Below, one piece after another: positions 1 through 11,311 of a stretch of DNA of 64,000 nucleotides (its first letter is position 1; each line of letters starts with the position of its first letter). Under the pieces are notes generated by a model. That model had not been told where the DNA came from and did not search any database. It saw nothing but the letters and a program-made list of their open reading frames with translations. The translations under genes were made by a program, and so were the position numbers. The stretch comes from Chrysemys picta bellii (Eukaryota). Location of the stretch: positions 32,488,001 through 32,552,000 of the forward strand of contig NC_088797.1 of the NCBI RefSeq assembly GCF_011386835.1, in the 5' to 3' direction.

Positions 1-1
1 G

Positions 2-361
2 AAGCCGTACACAGGCAGCCTGGACAGGAGTCAGGACCTGTTCAACTACAGGCTGAGCAAGTGCCGAATGGTGGTGGAATGTGCATTTGGACGTTTAAAA
101 GCGCGCTGGCGCAGCTTACTGACTCGCTCAGACCTCAGCGAAAAGAATATCCCCATTGTTATTGCTGCTTGCTGTGCGCTCCACAATATCTATGAGAGTA
201 AGGGGGAGACCTTTATGGCGGGGTGGGAGGTTGAGGCAACTCGCCTGGCCGCTGATTACGCGCAGCCAGACACCAGGGCGGTTAGAGGAGCACAGCAGGG
301 CGCGGTGCACATCAGAGAAGCTTTGAAAACGAGTTTTGTGACTGGCCAGGCTACTGTGTGA
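2..361 (+). CDS. Harbinger (HARBI1-like) DDE transposase, C-terminal part
   Basis: Frame from base 2 reads KPYTGSLDRSQDLFNYRLSKCRMVVECAFGRLKARWRSL...IAACCALHNIYE, the typical Harbinger transposase C-terminal motifs; no disruption up to the stop at 361. Confidence 0.92.
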   Translation, partial: KPYTGSLDRSQDLFNYRLSKCRMVVECAFGRLKARWRSLLTRSDLSEKNIPIVIAACCALHNIYESKGETFMAGWEVEATRLAADYAQPDTRAVRGAQQGAVHIREALKTSFVTGQATV

Positions 362-634
362 AACTTCTGTTTGTTTCTCCTTGATGAACCCTCCAAACTC
401 CCTCCCCCCCCCCCCCCCCCGACCCGGTTCACTCTACTTCCCTGTAAACCAACCACCCCACCCCACCCTCCCCTCCCTAATTCGAGCACCGCTTGCAGAG
501 GCAATAAAGTAATTGTTTTTTCACATTCATGCATTCTTTATTAGTTCCTCACAGAAGTAGGGGGATAATTGCCAAGGTAGCCTGGGATGGGTGGGGGAGG
601 AGGGATGAAAAAGGACACACTGCATTTTAAAACT

Positions 635-1417
635 TTAACTCTTATTGAAGGCCAGCCTTCTGATGCTTGGGCGATCATCTGCGGTGGAGTGACTGGGTGG
701 ACGGAGGCCCCCCCACCGTGTTCTTGGGCGTCTTGGTGAGGAGGCTATGGAACTTGGGGAGGAGGGCTGTTGGTTAAACAGGGGCTGTAGCGGCGGTCTC
801 TGCTCCTGCTGCCTTTCCTGCAGCTCAACCATACGCTCGAGCAGATCAGTTTGATGCTCCAGCAGACGGAGCATTGACTCTTGCCGTCTGTCTGCAAGCT
901 GACGCCACCTATCGTCTTCAGCCCGCCACTTGCTCTTTTCATCCCGCCATTCAGCCCGCCACCTCTCCTCTCGTTCATATTGTGCTTTTCTCATGTCCGA
1001 CATTGACTGCCTCCACGCATTCTGCTGTGCTCTATCAGCGTGGGAGGACATCTGCAGCTCCGTGAACATATCGTCCCTCGTCCTACGTTTTCTCTTTCTA
1101 ATGTTCACTAGCCTCTGCGAAGGAGAAACATTTGCAGCTGGTGGAGGAGAAGGGAGAGGTGGTTAAAAAAGACACATTTTAGAGAACAATGGGTACACTC
1201 TTTCATTACAAGGTCGCATATTTCGGCTTGCAGGCAGCCATGGTAGGCCACAGTGTTTTGGCTTTTTTAACCTTCTTAACATGCGGGAAAGGTTTCAAAC
1301 AGCAGCGCATTTCCCATATCAAGGATGAATTGCGTTGTCCATTTAAAATGGGTTTTCAATGTAAAAGGAGGGGCTGCAGTTTCCCGGTTAACATGTGGCA
1401 CAAACCCAAGTAAACCA

Positions 1418-1448
<31 letters not shown>

Positions 1449-2514
1449 ACATGATTCTCTGGGATGATCACTTCACCCTTCCCCTCCACCGCGTGGTTAA
1501 CAGCGGGGAACATTTCTGTTCAGAAGAGCAGGAACGGGCGCCTCTGAATGTCCCCTTAATAAAATCACCCCATTTCAACCAGGTGACCATGAATGATATC
1601 ACTCTCCTGAGGATAACAAAGAGAGATAAGGAATGGATATTGTCTGCATGCCAGCAAACACCGGGACCATACGCTGCCATGCTTTGTTATGCAATGATTC
1701 CAGACTACGTGCTACTGGCCTGGCGTGGTAAAGTGTCCTACCATGGCGGACGGGATAAGGCAGCCCTCCCCAGAAACCTTTTGCAAAGGCTTTGGGAGTA
1801 CATAAAGGAGAGCTTTCTGGAGATGTCCCTGGAGGATTTCCGCTCCATCCCCATACACGTTAACAGACTTTTCCAGTAGATGTACTGGCCGCGATTGCCA
1901 GGGCAAATTAATCATTAAACACGCTTGCTTTTAAACCATGTGTAATGTTTACAAATATTTACAAAGGTACAGTCACCAGAGGTCTCCTGTGTGCCCTGAG
2001 GGTCTTGGGTGAGTTCGGGGGTTACTGGTTCCAGGTCCAGGGTAACAAACATATCCTGGCTGTTGGGGAAACCGGTTTCTCCGCTTCCTTGCTGCTGTGA
2101 GCTACCTACAGTACCTCCATCCTCATCTTCCTCGTTCCCCGAACCGTCTTCCCTGTGTGTTTCTCCAGTGAGAGAGTCATAGCACACGGTTGGGGTAGTG
2201 GTGGCTGCACCCCCTAGGATCGCATGCAGCTCCGCGTAGAAGCGGCAAGTTTGCGGCTCTGCCCCGGACCTTCCGTTTGCTTCTCTGGCTTTGTGGTAAG
2301 CTTGCCGTAGCTCCTTAATTTTCACGCGGCACTGCCGTGTGTCCCTGTTATGGCCTCGGTCCTTCATGGCCTTGGAGACCTTTTCTAATACTTTGCCATT
2401 TCTTTTACTGCTACGGAGTTCAGCTAGCACTGATTCATCTCCCCATATGGCGAGCAGATCCCGTACCTCCTGTTCGGTCCATGCTGGAGCTCTTTTGCGA
2501 TCCTGGGACTCCAT
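635..2514 (-). CDS. Harbinger Myb/SANT-like (MADF/trihelix) DNA-binding protein, two exons: complement(join(635..1137,1977..2514)), ~346 aa
   Basis: Exon 1 MESQDRKRAPAWTEQEVRDLLAIWGDESVLAELRSSKRN...CRVKIKELRQAY (Myb/SANT-like). Phase-1 donor TCTG|GTGACT at 1977/1976 and acceptor CCACCAG|CTGCA at 1138/1137 join in frame to exon 2 (RKRKRRTRDDMF... coiled coil). No internal stops. Confidence 0.88.
1240..1879 (+). CDS. Third Harbinger gene, BEN-domain-like small protein: join(1240..1242,1583..1879), 99 aa
   Basis: GCCATG|GTAGGC donor at 1242/1243; acceptor CATTTCAACCAG|GTG at 1582/1583; ATTAAA at 1914-1919. Homologous gene with the same intron position in element B (36/98 identical, ungapped). 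BEN assignment is by visual motif match only. Confidence 0.75.
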
Positions 2515-3010
2515 CACGGTTACCTGTGCTGATGAGCTCTGCGTGGTCACCTGTGCTCTCCACGCTGAGCAAACAGGAAATGAAATTCAAACATTCGCGG
2601 GTCTTTTCCTGTCTACCTGGTCAGTGCATCTGAGTTGAAAGCGCTGTCCAGAGCGGTCACAATGAAGCACTGTGGGATAGCTCCCGGAGGCCAATAACGT
2701 CGAATTCCATCCACACTACCCCAATTCCGACCCGCAAAGGCCGGTTTTATCGCTAATCCCCTCGTCGGAGGTGGTGTAAAGAAACCAGTTTAAAGGACCC
2801 TTTAAGTCGAAAGAAAGGGCTTTGTCGTGTGGACGTGTCCAGGCTTAATTCGATTTAACGCTGCTAAAGTCGACCTAAACCCGTAGTGTAGACCAGGCCC
2901 AAGATTGGAGGGTCATTTTTCTGTGGTGCTGGGCACTGCACAGGCACCTACTGAGAGAGAATCCCTGTCCCAGAGAGCTCACAGGCTAAGTAGTCAAGCT
3001 TAGTGAGGGG

Positions 3011-4109
3011 TGACATTGTCTAGAGTGACTCATGACTGTGAGTGCTAACCTCAAGGCAGACACCCCACACTACTGGTGTTTTCTATAATTAAATTTCACC
3101 AACCGAGTAACAATTGTGAACTCCTGGATCACTGTAACGGTCTTACCATGGAGTCACAGATGGTCCCCTTAGACTCTACAGTCTATCTTGCCACCCACAC
3201 AAACTGGACATAGTGCTAAATGGTCACTTACCCCAAAAATCACACCACATTTAGATTGCTTCTGGTCCCAAGAGACCAGTCACTTAACCCCAGATCGATT
3301 GGTACCCTAGCTCTTACACCAAAGACAATGCCTATAGCCAGTCCTTTAATAAACTATCTGAAGGTTTATTAACTAGGCAAAAGAAATAAGAGTTATTTAC
3401 AGGCTAAAGCAAGCAAATATACACACAAATGAGTTACCATGTAAATCCTAAGAGTGACAGAATTAGTCATCTGTCAATTCAAAGTGTCTTTGAGGGTGGA
3501 CCCAGGAGGCAGACACTGGAGATCTTTGGCTTCAGTTTAGAGTCTCTGGCCCTGTCAGAGTTCAAACAGCCAAAAAGATGGAAAATTTTCCTGTGACGGT
3601 TTTCTTTCCTTCATTCAGCTTCCAAGTCCATAGGACAAGTTTCCTTATATGTAGCATTTTCCAGGTGCAATAGGGCCATTAACCAGTCCATTGTATTGTG
3701 ATATTCCTTGATGGCCTATCTGGGTGGGTGGGACAATTCCCTTGCTCTGAAATTGTAAACTCAGGCATGGGAATTGTCCCACCCACCCATCCAGAAGGGC
3801 TATCAAAATCAGATGGGCCATCAAGGAAGGGGGTGTTGCGGGGCAGCGATCAGCATCCAGGTGATCATTTTCAAAATTATAAAGTAAAACTTACATATTT
3901 TCTTATAGCATGGAAAACAGACATTGCAAGTGAGATTAATGAATGCAGCAATTTACAAGCATTTTATAGAGTCTAAACACTAAATACCTATTTTGAGCAA
4001 AACAAACATACAGGTGAACTGGTCTGGGTCTCGAGCTATGAGTTTGTTGAGTCTTAGCTTATGCCTGCAGCCTGGGCAGGAGCTGGCATCTGTGGCCTGC
4101 CAGTGTCAC
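3011..4109. mobile_element. Probable solo LTR (Gypsy/ERV-like)
   Basis: ~1.1-kb non-coding block with inverted-like termini (G)TGACA...TGTCACA and a possible 4-bp AGGG duplication; boundaries approximate. Confidence 0.45.
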
Positions 4110-4765
4110 AAGGGAACTGAGGCACTGAGAAAGGAAAGGACGTGCCTGTGGTGGCAGAGCAGGGACTAGAACCCAGGTATCCTTATTCTCAGTGTTCCAG
4201 TCACTAAACTACACTTCTGCCTGATTCTTGGAGTGGCCCAGTCAAACAACTTCTAATATGAGAGCAGTCAGATCGAGGGTTTATGGGAGTGTGGGGTGTG
4301 GTAAGCAAGGATCAAAGGGCAACAACCAACCATTAGCCATTTTGGCTTCTGTTAGTGACAGGGTCCTAGCTGAATTCCAGGTTAGACCAGTCCATTCTGC
4401 CTCACTAAATCTACTTTCCTCCTCCCCACACACACACTCTCATACTTGCATCTGAGTGTGGGATTCTTTTGCTGCTTGTACTAAATCATGGTGTGGTATT
4501 TTTGTGTGGGTCAACAGCTGTTGCGCTCCAGTACCATAGATAAACGATGAAGCACTTCAGGATGAAAGGAGCTGGGGAATTTTTTGAGTGCAGAAGAGAC
4601 CTCTCCATAATTCCTGGAGCTGAGGGACATGTATCCTTAGTTGTCAGAATGAAGACTGAAGCAGGAAGATTTCAACAAGACTTCCCCGGTGCCTTCTGAA
4701 CATACCTTTTCCACCTGGACCAGGCACCACATCTCTGATCTCTTCCTCTCCCCTGTGTCACACAG

Positions 4766-7700
4766 GAAAATGCAAAGCTCTACACCAACCTCCTGGAGAT
4801 AGAGTTCAGCGCTGATGTCAGGCAGAATGAAGGCAACACCATGAACTGCTTTGAGAGAGCCCTGAGCAGTGGCCTCCCTGAGGAGACGAAGATTGTCTTC
4901 TCACAGCGCAGAGTGGAGTTCCTTGAGGACTTTGGGTCCAGCATACACAGGTAAGAGAACACCCTGTCTGCGTGGGGCTGTTTCTGAGACCCTCACCCCT
5001 TGAGTACAAAAAGTCAGATAATACAGTAACTCCTCGCTTAACGTTGTAGTTATGTTCTTGAAAAATGCGACTTTAAGCGAAACGATGTTAAGCAAATCCA
5101 ATTTCCCCATAAGAATGAATGTAAATAGGGGGATTAGGTTTCAGGGAAATGTTTTTCGCCAGACAAAAGACACATACGTATACAGTACAAGTTTTAAACG
5201 ATTTAATACTGTACTTATCAATGCTGACTTTGAGAAGCTTGGTTGAGGTGGTGAAGTCAGGGTGAAAGAGGGTAGATCGTCTGGCTGCTCCTCTTGCTGT
5301 TCTTTCCAAAGTACCAGGGGGTGTTCAACCCCAGGCCCTGCCCCCACTCCACCCTTGTCCTACTTTTCCTGCCCCTGCATACACACACCCCCGAGCGCAT
5401 CGCGTCTTGCTCCTTCCCCTTTCCCCCCCAGCCTCCTGAACGTCGCAAAACAGCTGATTGCTGCGGGCAGGAGGCGCGGGGGGAGGGAGGGAGTTGCTGA
5501 TCCGCGGGGCTGCCAGAGGGCGGGGGGGCAAGGAGGGGAGTTGATTGGGGGGCTGCCGGCCCACCCTGCTTCCAAGCCCCCACGGCCAAACAAGCAGACA
5601 TTACGCAACTTTAAATGAGTATGTTCTCTAATAGAGCAGTGATGTAACAGCATTAACCGGGGTGATGTTAAGTGAGGAGTTACTGTACCTAACTCTTGTA
5701 CAGTGCTTTTAATCAGTACAGCCCAAAGCTGGCAGGTATAATTATCCCCATTTTACATATGGGGAAACTGAGGCATAGACAGTGGAAGTGACTTGCCCAA
5801 GGTCACCCAAAAGGCCAGTGGTAGAGTTGGTAATAGAACCAAGGTCTCCTGCATCCCAGTCCAGAGTACTATCCACTAGGCCATGCTGCCCCCTGTCCCA
5901 GTGTCCACAGAGGGGAATGTTTTGGGGGTTCTCCTTCTCTGGTGTAAGGTACCTGATTGATGGCTCTAGAGAATTAAGCCCTCTATTCTTACACCCAGAA
6001 TCCTCTAGCCTGGAACTGACTTTGGGTTAATTGCATCCACAAACATCAGATCAGTCACTGTGTGGCTAACACCAGCCCCTTGCCCTTGAATTACCACTAG
6101 GGATCGTAGTTGAGACTTGATGGCCTAATCTTCCATCTTTCAAATCTGCCAACAAGGGAGACAATCATTCTTTCATAGGTTATAAAGCCATAAGGGACCA
6201 CCAGTAAATACCCATTTTGTTGGGGGTAAAGATTTGGCTCAAGTGGTTGGAGTTTAGCATGCCACTTCTATTCCCACCTCTGCTAGGGAGCACCAGGGGC
6301 CAAACGAAACTTGGGGCAAAACAAAGCACGTTCAAAGTTAGAGGGACAAAGCTTTCTCTTCTCACCAGTGCAAACTTTGGTAAAATCACTGAAACACACA
6401 CAGCAAATTCTCCTGTTCTTAACCATCTGTCCCCTTCTGTCTTCCCAGCTTGCTGACAGCGTATGATGAACACCAAAAGTTCCTCAAACACCAGATGACC
6501 AGGAAAAGAGCCCCTGAAAATGGGTAAGGCACAGATGCTACCCGATTTTAAACAGTCTCTCATACATTGGGAAGTGTCATGAATAGAGAGGAGGGTCAGA
6601 ATATTATATAGGAAGAACTAGATCGGGGTGGCCAAACTTACTGACCCTCCGAGCCAAATATGACAATCTTCAGAAGTTCGAGAGCCAGGGAATGCCTCTT
6701 GGGGCTTCAGCCCCGCTCTTGTTGAAGCGCCAAGCCCTGGCAAGTGCGCCCCACAGCACTGAAGCCCCAAGAACCCCTCCCCGCTGGGCAGAAACCAGAG
6801 ACGATGCTCCTCCCCGCAGCTCCCATCTGTTTGCTACTGCCTCTCCACGTGGAGCTAACACCTGGGACCTGCGGGGAGGGGTTGCTGAGAGTAAGGGGGG
6901 ACATGCCTTGGGTGTGTGACTCAAGCTGTTGCGGGAGGGGAGGAAGAACCTTTAAATTGTGCCCCCAAATCTCTGCAGGCACCAGTTATCTTTGGCAGAA
7001 GCCCCTAGCCCCACCACCCCGACGCAGGGTAGGAGCCCCGAGCTCTCCCCCCAGCCTGGTAGGTGGAGAATAGGGGGGGAAGTAGGGGGCTCATTGAGGC
7101 ACATTTTAACTGTAAAAGAGCCACGCGTGGCTCGCGAGGAACAGTTTGTCTAGTTCAGGGATGGCCAATCTTGAGGACTGGAGTAATAGAAATGGGATGA
7201 AATTTAATAGTACAAAGTACAAGGTTGTGAATTTAGAAACTAATAATTTCTGCTATAAGCTGGGTGCTCATCAATTGGCAATGAGGAGGAAAAGATGTCA
7301 GTGTATTAGTCAATCACAGAATTACTGAGAGCAACCAACGTGATGCAGCCATGTAAAGGGCAAATGCAATACCATCAGGTGAGAGATTTACAGTAGAGAT
7401 AGGGAAGTAATAATGTCATTGGACAAGGCACTTATAAGACCTCATCTGGAATACTGTGTACAAGCCTGATCACCTGTGTTCAAGAAAGATGAATCCAAAG
7501 TGGAATGTATGCAGAGAAGGGCTCCTAGGATGATGGGAATGAGAGCCAGTCTTATGAGCGGAGACTGAAAGAACTGGGCTTGTCTAACGTGGCAAAACGA
7601 AGGCTGAGAAGGGATCTGATGGCTCTCTATCAATACACTGGGAGATAGACCTCAGGGAGGAAGAAGAGCTGTCGAGGCTAAAGGACAATGATGGCACAAG

Positions 7701-10533
7701 AACAAATGGATATAAACTGGCCAAGAATAAATTTAGGCTGGAAATTAGAAAGGTACTAACAATCAGAGGATTGATATTCTGGAACAGTCTGCCAGTAGAG
7801 GCAGTGGGGACAAACAACCAAACTAGTTTGAAGATGGACCTTGATAAGTTTATAAACAGGATTGTAACATGAGGTTGCCTGTGATAGCATGGATTGGATT
7901 TGACACAGGAGGCTCCTTCCAGTCCTGATTGCTTTATGGTGCACCAGAGCTGTCAGTATCTGATCTTGAATGCCACCTTGCTCAGTTAAGACTCCTCCTT
8001 GCCAATTGTTGTACGCAGACTAAAAAGCAGCATTTTTGATGATTGACTTCCTTAATGAAGTAATGCTCATCCCAGAGCCCAGACAAGAATGTACTGTGTA
8101 CCATACTAGGTTTCCTCTCTCTGATTCCAGTACCCTCTAGGTCCTGTGCTATGAATTGAGTTACTGATTGCATTTTAATTTTTTCCCCAGCTGCACTGAC
8201 GAACCAGAAGACAAAAAGCTGAGAGCTGAGGACTCTCCTGGGATGGTCAACCCTGCGGTCACTACTGCAGGCATCCCACCACTGATGGGTGGAGATATCA
8301 ATCCAACAGCCGCTTATAACTACAGCACCTGGTATCAGGTCAGCAGTGTGGCACTAATGCCGTTTTCTGAGCCCTGTATGCTAATGCATCTGGCAGAATT
8401 GAAATAAATGTGTGTGACATGCTTCCATGTCCATTCCCTGTTCTAGCAGAACAGCAGCTCTACTATAGTCCAGGTTGCGAGTTGCTTAACGGTTAAGATG
8501 ATTGTTCTAAAATCTGCATGGTGATTCAGATTGTCTTGAACTTGCTGTGTCTCACAGGGATGTGGGGATAGGGTTAGTGGGTCAAATTTGGATGTTGAAC
8601 AGTGGAGAAGTAGGCTGTGTTGCAAAGGTGCTGAGAGAGTATTTAAAAAAAAAAGGGGGGGGGGATTTAAATGCCTAAAAATGTCAAGGTTGCCTTTGTG
8701 GTGTCTTGTGCCCTTCCAGAATGTGGAGAATGGCTAAGTTTAAACCACAGAACATCAGGAAATGAAGATTTAAGGTACATCCCATGTCCTTCCCCACAAA
8801 GCAACCTTAACTCTTTCCTCTTTGAGCAATGCTCTACCATGCCAATAACACCCATACTGGCTCTCTCCCTTCACAGATGCTACAGAGCACATGAGCACTG
8901 TAGGACCCTGTCTGATAGCACCTTTTTGCTAAGGCAATCTTTGCATTTGGTCAGGTGTGCTGAACAAGAGGTACTTACACTCAAACACAACCTACTTCAC
9001 ACAAACCACTTCAGACTTGCTAAATGTTACCTCCTCTTCACTCTTGCCATAAGGATTCCTTCTGAGACATTGCCTTCATTTATCCCTCACAAAGCCTTAG
9101 AGACCACAGACTACCAACAAAATCCCTATGGCAAGAAGACACCCTTGTGTACCTCTGTTGACACAACCTGCAGAACTCAGCACTGAAAAGAGGCATACTT
9201 AATCCCTCAAGGTTCTGTGCACCTCTCATATCACAGTAACAGATCTCAAAGATGCTCCAACCAATCCCTTCACCATTCATTTAGCTACATCTAACACTGA
9301 ATGCAGGTGGCGTGCATACAGATAAATCCTGGAATTTGGATCTCTGGAAAACACAATGGCACTTTCTCTTAGAACTTCCTTGTATCTCCTTATTGTAAAT
9401 TCATAGCTTTTAAGACAAGCAATGAAAATTGGATCTTCTAGTCTAACCACCTGTACAACACAAGCCAGAGAATTTCACCCAGTTACCTCTATATTGAGCC
9501 CAATAACTTGTGATTGACTAAAGCATCCAGTCTGGATTCTAAGACCTGAAGAGAAAATCCACCATATCTCTTTGTAATTTTATTCTTCACCACTGCCCTT
9601 ACTGATCCATTCCTAGGAGCTATTGCCAGCTGTGGGGTAGTGGGCAGAGTTAAGTTTGCCTTGAAGAGGTAGTATGTGCCTTAGTCCTGTATTTTCTGGT
9701 TTTAAAAGGTTTTTGGTTAGTCACTTTGCACATTCTGGAAGACCACGAGGCAGGGCTGGGCAACCCTGAACTGTGTGTTAACGAAGTTCTGGGGTCTTTA
9801 ATAAAGAAGAGTGTGTGGTCTGGTAATCGGATCAAAGGGCTGGGGTTCGGGATTCCTGGGTTCTATTCCTAGCTGGGAGAGTTTTCTGGTGGTTAGCAGA
9901 GGGACTGAGAGTTAGCCCTCCTGTGTTCTAGTTCCAGTTCTGGAAGGGGAATGAGCTTTTGTGGCTAGAACAGGAAGTCAGGGCTCTCAGGTTTTATTCC
10001 CACCTCTACCACTGACTCACTGACCTTGGGCAAGTTACTTGCCCTGTTTTTCTCTTCCCCTTCTCCCCTCCCCCTTTTATTTGCATATGGGATTTGCTCC
10101 ACAACTACACATTCTTGGCCTTCATAAGATGTAAATCTCCCTTCTCCAGCCCCAATAACTGATTAGTGCTATTGCAGGATATGGGACTAGATGAATCATT
10201 GGTCTGATCCAGCATGGCAGACTCTTCACTTTCCTATCCTCATCCAGTGTTACTGTGAGCTGTTTGAGTGGTCATATTGACTCCAGAAGTGGATGAAGTG
10301 CTTCCTTTATGTATAGTGTTTGGATCCTTTGGGTTAAGGGTGCTATAGAAATTTAATTCTTTATGGTGGCCTCACTGTCAAAGGAATTTCCTTAATGCTG
10401 GGGGGAGAAGTTAGTCGCATGCTTCGCCCCACTCTGACAATAACTATGTTCTCTTCTGTTTCAAATGTAGAACTACGGTGTCTACGGGTATCAGAATCCA
10501 TGGAACTACAGCCAATATTACTCTCAGAGCTGA
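4766..10533 (+). CDS. PRPF39: Pre-mRNA processing factor 39-like, last four exons: 4766..4950, 6449..6523, 8191..8338, 10471..10533
   Basis: ENAKLYTNLLEIEFSADVRQNEGNTMNCFERAL...FSQRRVEFLEDFGS / LLTAYDEHQKFLKH / DEPEDKK...AAYNYSTWYQ / NYGVYGYQNPWNYSQYYSQS* matches the PRPF39 C-terminus. All GT-AG, phases 2,2,0 consistent. Probably a paralog rather than the ortholog (see findings). Confidence 0.88.
5024..5685. mobile_element. Tc1/mariner (Tigger-like) MITE
   Basis: TIR CAGTAACTCCTC(G/A)CTTAAC at both ends, flanked by TA dinucleotides (5022-23, 5686-87). Confidence 0.85.
5735..5890 (-). mobile_element. MIR/CORE-type SINE fragment
   Basis: CCCCATTTTACA..GGGGAAACTGAGGC..GTGACTTGCCCAAGGTCAC is the reverse complement of the CORE-SINE motif; similar copies near 28700-28900 and 58340-58480. 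Confidence 0.7.
6560..7935 (+). mobile_element. CR1 LINE 3' fragment interrupted by a hAT-like MITE (~6623..7150)
   Basis: Decayed CR1 RT motifs (LEDWSNRNGMKFNSTK...) and CR1 3' end ...CCTTCCAGTCCT; insert begins GGGGTGGCCAAACT. Confidence 0.7.
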
Positions 10534-11311
10534 AAGTGACTGTGTGAGATGCATGACCAGTTCAAAAGTTCAAGGAGTAGCCGCTTTACACTTGCTTCCA
10601 AGAAAACAAGAAGTGACAGGAAAGTGGCTGTTGACTCTCTTTGTAAGAGAGGGAAACTGAACTGCCTTGTTAAAAAGCCCCATTTCTCCTCTCATTGCAG
10701 TGAGCTGCCCTAACTCCTTCCTTAGCCCACATTACGAACCAGGTTAGATCATGTCTAGCCTTCACCTCCAATGGCAGCCACAGAGTGGGCACTGCCTCTT
10801 TGCACTGAACTGATCTCTTTCAGGTGGAAATGTCTAAGAATCCCTTCCTGTATACAGGACTCACACTGGCCTCACTGCAGACACAATGGGGATCCAAAAG
10901 CTGAACTCATTAGCAGCAGTAACAAAGGAACAATCCCTTATTGGAGCTCATAGAGCAGAACTTTTTTTTTTATTAATTTTATTGGAACAGGCACCCAGGG
11001 AAGGGTCATTTTGTAAACTTTTCCTGTACATTTCATGTGGTATAAATAAATGTGCAATTAATCAGACCTTGTTCTTCAGTGCAGCAGAGGATGGAGTTTT
11101 GTTCACTTTCACATGGATGTTATAGTACAGCTCCCTCTCTTGGCAAAAAGCATTGTGCTAATAGGACATTATGTGGACACTTGCTGCTGTTGCATAAAAA
11201 ATAAGACTGGTTCATCTGGGGCTAGGATAGATCTGAGCAAGAAAACACATCTTCCTCAGAAGGGGACAGATAGCATCCATCAGCACAAAGAAAACGGGAT
11301 AGTTGGTTTAT

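Larger units (their letters stand above)
1..2899 (+). mobile_element. Harbinger/PIF DNA transposon A (left end outside window), apparently intact; probably in an intron of the PRPF39-like gene
   Basis: Transposase C-terminus on + converges on a Myb/SANT-like gene on -. Right terminus ...GTAGTGTAGACCAGGCC ends ~2899. Transposase poly(A) signal AATAAA near 503. Confidence 0.9.

Noticed and set aside
1325-1582. N-terminal 86 codons of the 184-aa ORF 1325..1879
   Set aside because: Runs through a poly-C/(CA)n tract and has no counterpart in element B; homology starts at the acceptor at 1583, so this part is treated as intron.
8036-8124. Possible box C/D snoRNA in the PRPF39-like intron (human PRPF39 hosts a snoRNA)
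   Set aside because: C box TTGATGA is imperfect, there is no terminal stem and no clear rRNA guide before the CTGA; would need snoscan or Infernal.
8671-9186. 171-aa ORF on +
   Set aside because: Intronic, no recognisable motif or splice support; likely chance.
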